A DNA stretch of 32,000 bases from the NCBI RefSeq assembly GCF_037902255.1, contig NZ_CP147990.1, positions 3,630,001 through 3,662,000 on the forward strand. Reading direction: 5' to 3'. A model generated the notes under the pieces. It ran no database searches. It worked only from the letters and a program-made list of their open reading frames with translations, and was not told the DNA's origin. Shown piece after piece: positions 25,700 to 32,000 of this stretch. The stretch is from Candidatus Electrothrix sp. GW3-4 (GTDB lineage: Bacteria > Desulfobacterota > Desulfobulbia > Desulfobulbales > Desulfobulbaceae). The translations under genes were made by a program, and so were the position numbers. Positions within the stretch are counted from its first letter, which is position 1; each line of letters opens with the position of its first letter.

Positions 25700-26743
25700 T
25701 CATGGTGTCGGCCTATGCGTCAATGCTGGCATAAAGATGAGCCAGTTGAAGTCACTAAGAACCCCCGCCCCTCCAAGGACCACATCCTTTCCAGAATTAT
25801 CAGCTCCTGCTGTTACAGTTACTTCAGTAGCGCCAGCAAAGCTCGTCGCATCCTGATACCACTCATTAAACGAAGCTCCGTAAGACTCAAAAACCTGCAG
25901 CTTATGGGGACCAGCTGGCAGACCCTTTATTTGATATTCACCGTTGCCATTTGTTTCAGCATATCCTCTCCAAACCTGATTGCTGTCATAGGCGTCAATC
26001 CAAGCACCCACAACCGGGTCACCTGTCCCATGATAAGTGACCGTCCCAGAGATACTGCCACCGAGGGCGAGAGCGGCATTCACCACATGAGTATCATCTA
26101 ATGCTGAGATTGTTATGAGATCGGCGGTTTCCTCCTCCTTATCATTATACCACTCGGAGACATAGTCAGTAGCCACCGCAGAAAAACGAAGCGTATAGCT
26201 CCCCACTCCCAAACCGGCAAGAATATAATCACCATTTTCATCGGTAAGATCCGAGCGTATCAAATCATACGTCTCGTTAAACAAATGTACGTATACCCCA
26301 GCTATAAAAGTAGCGGAGTCTCCCTCAACAGTTATCGTTCCAGATATTTGAGCATTGCTTGTGACCAAGGATGTGATACCAAGATCGACAGTACCTGTTT
26401 CAGAAACTGGCACCAGATTCGCGTCGTCCTTAATTGCTTGATTATTATACCATTGACTAACATAATTGGTTCCATAGGTGGAGTAGTGCACCTTATAGTC
26501 TCCTGCGGCCAAATCAGTCAGAATATAATAGCCGTCTACGTCAGTCTTATCACCGAACAGCCAGTTTCCACTGTCATCATACACGTCCACCCATAAATTT
26601 GGAATAGCAGCACTATCGGACGCTTGCTTCACATATCCTTCTATAGCTCCGGCCTGCGTTTCGGCAACAGCTAAAAAAAGAACCAAAAAAATTAACAGCA
26701 GCGTTAAAGGTAAAAACCTACAAGAAAATGATCCTTCTTTCAT
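25700..26743 (-). CDS. Secreted protein with three tandem carboxypeptidase-regulatory-like (CarboxypepD_reg/Cna-B-like) repeats, 347 aa
   Basis: It has a signal peptide (…LVLFLAVAETQAGA). Three modules of about 95 aa each contain (I/S)(E/S)G(Y/T)V...D.NG.Y.I..L..G.Y.(V/L)...(V/F)S(Q/E)WY(N/Q)(N/D). RBS GGGGGAG; TATAAT at 26767-26772 on the minus strand. Confidence 0.8.
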   Translation of the reverse strand: MKEGSFSCRFLPLTLLLIFLVLFLAVAETQAGAIEGYVKQASDSAAIPNLWVDVYDDSGNWLFGDKTDVDGYYILTDLAAGDYKVHYSTYGTNYVSQWYNNQAIKDDANLVPVSETGTVDLGITSLVTSNAQISGTITVEGDSATFIAGVYVHLFNETYDLIRSDLTDENGDYILAGLGVGSYTLRFSAVATDYVSEWYNDKEEETADLITISALDDTHVVNAALALGGSISGTVTYHGTGDPVVGAWIDAYDSNQVWRGYAETNGNGEYQIKGLPAGPHKLQVFESYGASFNEWYQDATSFAGATEVTVTAGADNSGKDVVLGGAGVLSDFNWLIFMPALTHRPTP

Positions 26744-27094
26744 CGTAACTCCCCCATTTTGCCCATATTATATTCGACTATTACAAGATAACCATCCTCT
26801 CCTATAATCAATGGTAGCGACGAGCAAAGAAATAATCAAGCTTAAAAACGGTATATCAACTAGTGTTCAAACAACGTTAAGTTGACGAGTCTCTTCTCTT
26901 TTGTTTCCCGAGTTCGAGCACACAATATGAGAATAAAGAGCGCTCCCCCCGGCCTGCGCCCGGGACCAAACTTCCAAATAACAACAATATAAATGTGTTG
27001 TTACTTAGAAGGAAGATTATGTCCCCGTCAGTTTAACGCTCCAGCAGTACTAGTTATCATTAACAATCCGTACAATTTTAGTCCAAAGAAGGCG

Positions 27095-27589
27095 TTAGCG
27101 TGGAAATTGCTCTATTATAGAAGAGGTCGCTTTACGCAGGTAGTACGAGAGCAGAGCACAGGCAACAATGCGGAAGGATTGGAGACGCATGAACGGACTA
27201 CGCAGGTCAATTTTTTTTCTACGGGTGATAATATTCTGCACACGTCCAACAAGATGATCAACAGGTATAAAACAATCAAAAGAGCGACATGCATCTCCTT
27301 TGGTTTGCAGATACAAAACATTACTGTAACAACGACGTCGAAGCAGCCGGTGGATAAGAGGGGACTTTTGCGGGGTGCAGAAAAGAACAATATCACCCAG
27401 GCGAGGATTCTTTCCTTTAAGGGAAGAGATTTCAACTAAATCTCCGCTTTGTATCAAAGGCATCATAGATTCACCAGACACCTTAATACGCACGTTAATG
27501 CCCTCACGGAGCAGAGTACGCACAAAATCTAGCGCTCCTTGGTCGCGAATGCTGATTGTCGGCAAATCGTTCATGAACACCGAACTCAT
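27095..27589 (-). CDS. S26/S24-family serine peptidase, SipW/archaeal-type signal-peptidase-I-like, 164 aa
   Basis: VSGESMMPLIQSGDLV carries the Ser nucleophile motif. GDIVLF, IHRLL and LQTKGDA (Lys general base, TKGD) follow, then VDHLVGRV. ATGA overlap with the upstream kinase-like gene at 27586-27589. There is a C-terminal hydrophobic segment. Confidence 0.7.
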   Translation of the reverse strand: MSSVFMNDLPTISIRDQGALDFVRTLLREGINVRIKVSGESMMPLIQSGDLVEISSLKGKNPRLGDIVLFCTPQKSPLIHRLLRRRCYSNVLYLQTKGDACRSFDCFIPVDHLVGRVQNIITRRKKIDLRSPFMRLQSFRIVACALLSYYLRKATSSIIEQFPR

Positions 27590-28497
27590 TGCAACGATAG
27601 AGCCAGCTTTTCTATAGCTTCTCTGGCGCTTTGATCAGGCCGAAACGCAAGCTCAAACACAGGAATATCTTTCAACAACCTCTCACACAGCACAAGCCCT
27701 TTGCTGGTCCATTCTTCGCTATACCAAGGAATAGAAACCGTCTGAAGAAGACGATGCAGTCCTATTGACGGAGGAAGCTCCACAATCCTAGTTTGTTGAG
27801 CTTGTCGAAGAAAAATAAGTGCAGAAAGAGGTGCGGATTCATTTCGAGCGATTCTCCCTTCACCGTGCCAAGGTGTTCCCCATACCTGCCAGGTATCGTT
27901 AACAGAACGAATGATCAAACGCTCTTCGCTGAAGAGGCAATTTTGTGAATTAGAAAACAGCAATCGGCTGAGGGTAGACTTTCCTCCTCCAGACGGCGCA
28001 GGAAAAACGAGTCCCTTTCCATAAACAGATCCTCCGGCTGCATGGCTGATCAGCCCTTGCTGATTTATAAAGCTGTGCTGAAGTAAAAACAGGCTAAGTG
28101 CTAGCTTAGAAGGAAGAAGCGGCTTCTGCGTTTTGGCAATATTATCTAAGAAGAGAGCGTAATCAAACCGCTCAAACTGAGGATCAATTTCAAGTGCCCA
28201 CAAAAAAACCTCCTCAGAAGGAGTGAGGTGAAGAACCTGGAGATACCCTTTTTCCGTTTTGTAAAAACTTGATCGCTGCTGAGTAAGTATTTTTTCAAGT
28301 TGGTTAACAGCCGGTTTCCTTTCGCAGCAAGAAGCAATGTGTACCTGAAGATCTTCCGGCTGCTGCTCCGGTTTTTTTTCAAGGCGGGCAAAAGAAATAA
28401 AATCTTTTGCCCAAGTCACATCAGAGTCATTCTGAACAAGACAATATTCGGAACTGCATCGAATGGCTATGCCACCAAGAGAGCATTGAAAATTCAT
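27586..28497 (-). CDS. HPr-kinase-like (HprK C-terminal-domain-like) P-loop kinase, 303 aa
   Basis: HAAGGSVYGKGLVFPAPSGGGKSTLSRLL is a P-loop in the context typical of HprK-related kinases. The start codon lies 6 nt after the stop codon of the small peptide ORF. Confidence 0.7.
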   Translation of the reverse strand: MNFQCSLGGIAIRCSSEYCLVQNDSDVTWAKDFISFARLEKKPEQQPEDLQVHIASCCERKPAVNQLEKILTQQRSSFYKTEKGYLQVLHLTPSEEVFLWALEIDPQFERFDYALFLDNIAKTQKPLLPSKLALSLFLLQHSFINQQGLISHAAGGSVYGKGLVFPAPSGGGKSTLSRLLFSNSQNCLFSEERLIIRSVNDTWQVWGTPWHGEGRIARNESAPLSALIFLRQAQQTRIVELPPSIGLHRLLQTVSIPWYSEEWTSKGLVLCERLLKDIPVFELAFRPDQSAREAIEKLALSLQ

Positions 28498-28503
28498 TAG
28501 CCC

Positions 28504-28683
28504 TCAAGATGACCTTGGGTTCTGCAAACAGGTTCCGTTTGGGAACACCTCAAAGCATCCGCCAAGGACTTGGTCTGCAAACAGTGCAACTGTCTTGAGC
28601 TGAGGTTTCTCATATCGTTTTTTCAACGCGATATTCTTCTCTTTCTTTTTCAAACCCGTTATATTATTTTTATGTTCTTCCAT
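28504..28683 (-). CDS. Unannotated 59-aa candidate RiPP precursor peptide: MEEHKNNITGLKKKEKNIALKKRYEKPQLKTVALFADQVLGGCFEVFPNGTCLQNPRSS
   Basis: Hand-translated from the minus strand: ATG at 28681-28683, TGA at 28504-28506. It fills the otherwise empty gap between the rSAM gene (14 nt upstream) and the kinase gene (6 nt downstream). It has a Lys-rich leader with YEKPQL (YxxPxL), a Gly-Gly junction, a 2-Cys core and a C-terminal Ser-Ser. The SD is weak (GACGAG). Confidence 0.6.
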   Translation of the reverse strand: MEEHKNNITGLKKKEKNIALKKRYEKPQLKTVALFADQVLGGCFEVFPNGTCLQNPRSS

Positions 28684-28697
28684 CTTTACTCGTCATG

Positions 28698-29858
28698 TTA
28701 AGTGGTCTGATTATCAGACGACAGTGCTTTTTTCTTTCGTAATGAGCTGCTCTTACAGTAAAAAGAAACTACATTATTCAGCACTCCCGTCTCTAATACA
28801 AAGTTACTCGGACACCCTGCACAAAAACTTCGACTCTGACAACTTGAACAGGCAAAAGAGGGTGGCGCCTTCTGCTCGGGAAACTCATTACTCATTACAC
28901 TCCAAACATCGGAGATTGTCCGACCGGCAAGGAGGTCATATGAAAAATGAGGTGATATGATACATGGTTGCATCTTACCATACGGAGTAACATGATATGA
29001 TGACCGGCCAGCTCCGCAGTAATATAATTTATCCCTAAAAGACCCCACATCAGAACGCGCCGTTATCAATTTTTGCAACTCATTCCTAACCTTATCGATA
29101 GCAAAATCTGCTTCAACGGCCTCCTCATAGGGAAGACGAAAACGCAATATATCCTGAGGTCGATCCCTGCCCGTGCCATCATTCATATTCGTACAGCCAG
29201 CATGGTTATCTTCGTTGGGTAAAACAGGTATAATTGAGGAGTCATGACGAAAAGGCACTCCTAACTTTTCAGCCATTTCCCACATAGCTGAAAGCTCCTG
29301 ATGATTCAAGGTCATCACTATCGCCTTAAGGCGTAACCTGATCTTTTCACCAACAAGTCGTTTTATTCCATTAAGACATAAGGTGAACGAACCAACTTTC
29401 TGAGTTATGGACTCAAAAGTTTTTGCATTGGCACCATAAAGAGTTACGTCCACCGCTCGTGGAGGATACCGAGTGAATAAGCGTACAATACTATCTGAAA
29501 GCGACGTACCGTTGCAATATACCGAGACGAGCAGTCCTGATCGTACTGCATATTCATACACAGTAAGAAAATCATCCCGAAGCATTGGATCTCCACCAGT
29601 CAATGTCAAAAAGAGTGTCCCTGCCTCCACCATCTCATCAAGTAACCTAATGATAGCCTCTGTATTAAGTTCCTTATGACGGTACTGCCAAATCCCCTTC
29701 TGATCTCCAAGATAACAATGCACACAACGAAAATTACAGCGATGTGTCAACTCAAAGGATGCTGATATCGGTATACGAGCTCCTGCTGCACGAGCAAGAT
29801 AGCGATCAATCTCATCGGATTCCACTCCTGCACAATCTTTTTCCGTCCCTTTTACCAT
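28698..29858 (-). CDS. Radical SAM protein with a SPASM-type C-terminal auxiliary-cluster domain (peptide maturase-like), ~386 aa
   Basis: CNFRCVHC (CxxxCxxC) and GGDPML are present. The C-terminus YYCGAGRSSYHVTPYGKMQPC...FACSSCQSRSFCAGCP is SPASM-like. The ATG at 29856-29858 overlaps the PqqD stop codon (TGATG). Confidence 0.9.
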   Translation of the reverse strand: MVKGTEKDCAGVESDEIDRYLARAAGARIPISASFELTHRCNFRCVHCYLGDQKGIWQYRHKELNTEAIIRLLDEMVEAGTLFLTLTGGDPMLRDDFLTVYEYAVRSGLLVSVYCNGTSLSDSIVRLFTRYPPRAVDVTLYGANAKTFESITQKVGSFTLCLNGIKRLVGEKIRLRLKAIVMTLNHQELSAMWEMAEKLGVPFRHDSSIIPVLPNEDNHAGCTNMNDGTGRDRPQDILRFRLPYEEAVEADFAIDKVRNELQKLITARSDVGSFRDKLYYCGAGRSSYHVTPYGKMQPCIISPHFSYDLLAGRTISDVWSVMSNEFPEQKAPPSFACSSCQSRSFCAGCPSNFVLETGVLNNVVSFYCKSSSLRKKKALSSDNQTT

Positions 29859-30148
29859 CAAATTGCCACAGACAATCCTGATTCGACCAAATCTGTTATA
29901 ACTTCAAGCAAGTCTGCCTCAATTTCCTCCCTAGGTGCGTCATACTCCTGTTCGAGCAAGCTCCCTATTTCGGCAAGAGTTCGAGTGCCATCAATGGAAG
30001 ACCAAATAAGTGCCCCTGTATCATTCAGCGTATACAGTTCATCCATAGAGGCAAGCTCTCCTGAAATAGGTACCAGCAAAGTCTCATCCATCACTTTACG
30101 TGTAACTATATTATCAGCCTTTCTGTATATACTATCTAACCTCACCAC
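29858..30148 (-). CDS. PqqD-family protein (RiPP recognition element-like peptide chaperone), 96 aa
   Basis: The size and the sequence VTRKVMDETLLVPISGELASMDELYTLNDTGALIWSSIDGTRTLAEIGSLLEQEYDAPREEIEADLLEVITDLVESGL fit PqqD. GTG start; the exact start is uncertain. Confidence 0.85.
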   Translation of the reverse strand: MVRLDSIYRKADNIVTRKVMDETLLVPISGELASMDELYTLNDTGALIWSSIDGTRTLAEIGSLLEQEYDAPREEIEADLLEVITDLVESGLSVAI

Positions 30149-30170
30149 ATCATTCTCATCAATAACAATC

Positions 30171-30204
30171 AGATAAAGAAAGGCGAAGATATCTCATCTC
30201 CGCC
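30171..30204 (-). terminator. Intercistronic hairpin plus U-rich tract between the C25 peptidase and PqqD genes (terminator or attenuator)
   Basis: The minus-strand RNA GGCG-G-AGAU-gagau-AUCU-U-CGCC (30182-30204) is followed by UUUCUUUAUCU. Only about 20 nt remain before the PqqD start, so read-through is probably needed for downstream expression. Confidence 0.4.
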
Positions 30205-30222
30205 GGTTGATCGACGTCAGTT

Positions 30223-32000
30223 TTAGCGCTGAATCACAGTAGCAGGATCACCAAGAAGGTTGTAAACATCCAATAAATAGCGATCATCCCTCTGATCGCC
30301 ACATTGATCAGCATAATACTGTTTTCCCGACACGATGGCATCGCCGAGACTGGGATTTATTGGGTCCAAAAAGCTTCGATAAAACCCTTCAGACATTGTG
30401 TACGATGCATGATTCCTCACCATACCTGTGGCCCCGTAAAAAGCGCTTGCGGCACCACCAGCCTTTAGTAGCGCTGTTTCGCCTATACTATTTATCGTAG
30501 GGTAACCAAAGCTTGCAGATCCACAGGAGGCACTGAACATGAGCATAGGGTTGCCTATCTCCTGCATATCCTCAATTTCACTCGCAGTCAAGAGATACTT
30601 ACCATGACGTCCATACGCCGTCATAGTACTATGCCCTATATAATGCATAATACCTGAGCCTTGCTGCATCGCTTCAACAATCTGCCCACGGACACTACTT
30701 AACGGCTGTGTCTCTGCGGAAAGACGATTGACCGTAAAATATGGGGACATCAAAGCGGCAACTTTATCCGCAGCAGCCTCAAAGTCTCCGACACTTGGAT
30801 CTGCCCTATCCGTGATCAGCGTCAATTCAGTACTCTTATTATGGCGATTCTCTTCATAGAAGATCAATTTACTGATAAAAGAGTCAAGCTCTCGGCTGTT
30901 ATACGCCGGAATCCTCCCAAGAGCAAACTCTGGAATTTTATCATCACCAATAACATCTGCAAAGAAATTATCACTTGGAAGAAAACCAACCGGAGTCTGT
31001 ACAAGGACACTGGGGACCTGAGGATATCCATAGTCTAGATAGTTTTGATAGTCGTAAGAACCTACCCCTATCAAGGTAATATATCGAGGCACTCTTGACC
31101 ATTTTTCAGAGACATAAGCAAGGAAGTCATGCACGGCCTCAGGTGCAAGCAAACCATAGCTGAATTCATCCTGAATGTCCTCAATATCAACGAGCATTGT
31201 TGTCATTCCCTGAGAAGCTCTATATTCGGCAAGACGTTTCGCTGAATCCATCAAGCCCAAGGAGGTGATAATGACATAGTCAGCCTGATTATCCTCATTG
31301 CGTAAATATGATATCGTATCAACAACGTGGATTTCACCAGAAATAGTTGAGTCGATATTCTCCGTGATATAATAATTAGATCCCGGCTCTGTCAAGATTG
31401 TAACGTTATATTCGCCAACCTGATTTTTGCCAATAAGAGGGCGTAATCGACGAGGAGTGAATGGATCTGTCACATCAAGAGCCAATACCGTGCCACGAGT
31501 AAAACCTTCTACAGTAACTTGATTATATCCGCCGTCATTGAAGAACAACTCTCCGTCAACGGCTTGGTATGCACGGTTATAATCCAGCCCTATAGACTCA
31601 AGATAAACAACCGAATATTGGACATTCCTATTCAGACGTGAGATCAGAGTTACTTTATTATCATCCTCATTAAGCTGGTCAGCAGAAACCTCAGCGCTAA
31701 ATTGATAATCTCCCTTTTCCGACCATTCCGCCGTGCCTATTTTATTCTCATTGAGGAGGATATCCACCTTGAATGAATCAGCACTACCGTAATTCTCATA
31801 TTCGACACCAACCAAATCCACTGTCAGTATAGCTGTTCCGCTCCCTGTCATATATGGCGCATCAATAGAGTATGGCCCAGAAGTGGTATCCTTACCATAG
31901 GCAAGGATGCGAGCCCACGCCCAAAGGTCTTTAACCGGCGTGTCAATATAAATATGGAAAGGGGCACCATTTTCTTCAACCCGATTCTGCGCGAAAAATG
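30223..32000 (-). CDS. Peptidase C25 (gingipain-family) cysteine peptidase, N-terminus outside the window (partial)
   Basis: MHYIGHSTMTAYG (catalytic His context) and MLMFSASCGSASFGY (catalytic Cys context) are present. The frame stays open upstream of the first Met (31851) to the window edge: ...FFAQNRVEENGAPFHIYIDTPVKDLWAWARILAYGKDTTSGPYSIDAPYMTGSG. Confidence 0.8.
   Translation of the reverse strand, partial: FFAQNRVEENGAPFHIYIDTPVKDLWAWARILAYGKDTTSGPYSIDAPYMTGSGTAILTVDLVGVEYENYGSADSFKVDILLNENKIGTAEWSEKGDYQFSAEVSADQLNEDDNKVTLISRLNRNVQYSVVYLESIGLDYNRAYQAVDGELFFNDGGYNQVTVEGFTRGTVLALDVTDPFTPRRLRPLIGKNQVGEYNVTILTEPGSNYYITENIDSTISGEIHVVDTISYLRNEDNQADYVIITSLGLMDSAKRLAEYRASQGMTTMLVDIEDIQDEFSYGLLAPEAVHDFLAYVSEKWSRVPRYITLIGVGSYDYQNYLDYGYPQVPSVLVQTPVGFLPSDNFFADVIGDDKIPEFALGRIPAYNSRELDSFISKLIFYEENRHNKSTELTLITDRADPSVGDFEAAADKVAALMSPYFTVNRLSAETQPLSSVRGQIVEAMQQGSGIMHYIGHSTMTAYGRHGKYLLTASEIEDMQEIGNPMLMFSASCGSASFGYPTINSIGETALLKAGGAASAFYGATGMVRNHASYTMSEGFYRSFLDPINPSLGDAIVSGKQYYADQCGDQRDDRYLLDVYNLLGDPATVIQR

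Noticed and set aside
28504-28683. Interpreting the 59-aa peptide as a conventional lasso peptide precursor.
   Set aside because: No Thr sits at the penultimate leader position. No Asp/Glu lies at core position 7-9 relative to a plausible Gly/Cys start (Glu is at position 3-5). No lasso cyclase or B2 protease gene is present in the window.
1-32000. CRISPR arrays, rRNA genes, intact tRNAs, IS elements with terminal inverted repeats, and integrase/transposase genes.
   Set aside because: None were found on inspection. The only repeat families seen are the TTATCTCA motif array and the HemY-like 3'-end copies.

Overview
This 32-kb chromosomal window has gene content and composition that suggest a Desulfobulbales-like (Desulfobacterota) genome, which cannot be verified here.

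Left to right it contains:
- a cold-shock protein and an RND efflux pair (adaptor plus permease);
- a roughly 1-kb non-coding gap with a candidate structured leader;
- an orphan PhnD-like binding protein plus a small tail-anchored protein;
- a minus-strand envelope-type operon (NodB deacetylase, PagL-like outer-membrane deacylase, a hypothetical protein, BtrH_N-like protein);
- about 1 kb of AT-rich non-coding DNA, then a SulP/STAS anion transporter;
- an AT-rich islet encoding a PIN-like/coiled-coil protein, followed by an array of TTATCTCA-type repeats;
- two decayed copies of the 3' end of a protoporphyrinogen-oxidase-family gene. They bracket small cargo (a 125-aa ORF; an AraC regulator plus a 540-aa alpha/beta-hydrolase-like protein) downstream of the intact gene;
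- a DUF3365/PAS hybrid histidine kinase, htpG, and a secreted protein with three tandem CarboxypepD_reg-like repeats.

The most interesting part is an AT-rich, translationally coupled minus-strand operon: PqqD, radical SAM/SPASM, an unannotated 59-aa peptide, an HprK-like kinase and a SipW-like S26 peptidase. A C25 (gingipain-family) peptidase gene precedes it and runs off the window edge. The peptide is too short for the ORF track. It has a lasso-type YxxPxL leader motif, a Gly-Gly junction, a two-Cys core and a C-terminal Ser-Ser. I read this operon as a candidate undescribed RiPP pathway.

All functional calls rest on motif recognition by eye; no searches were run.
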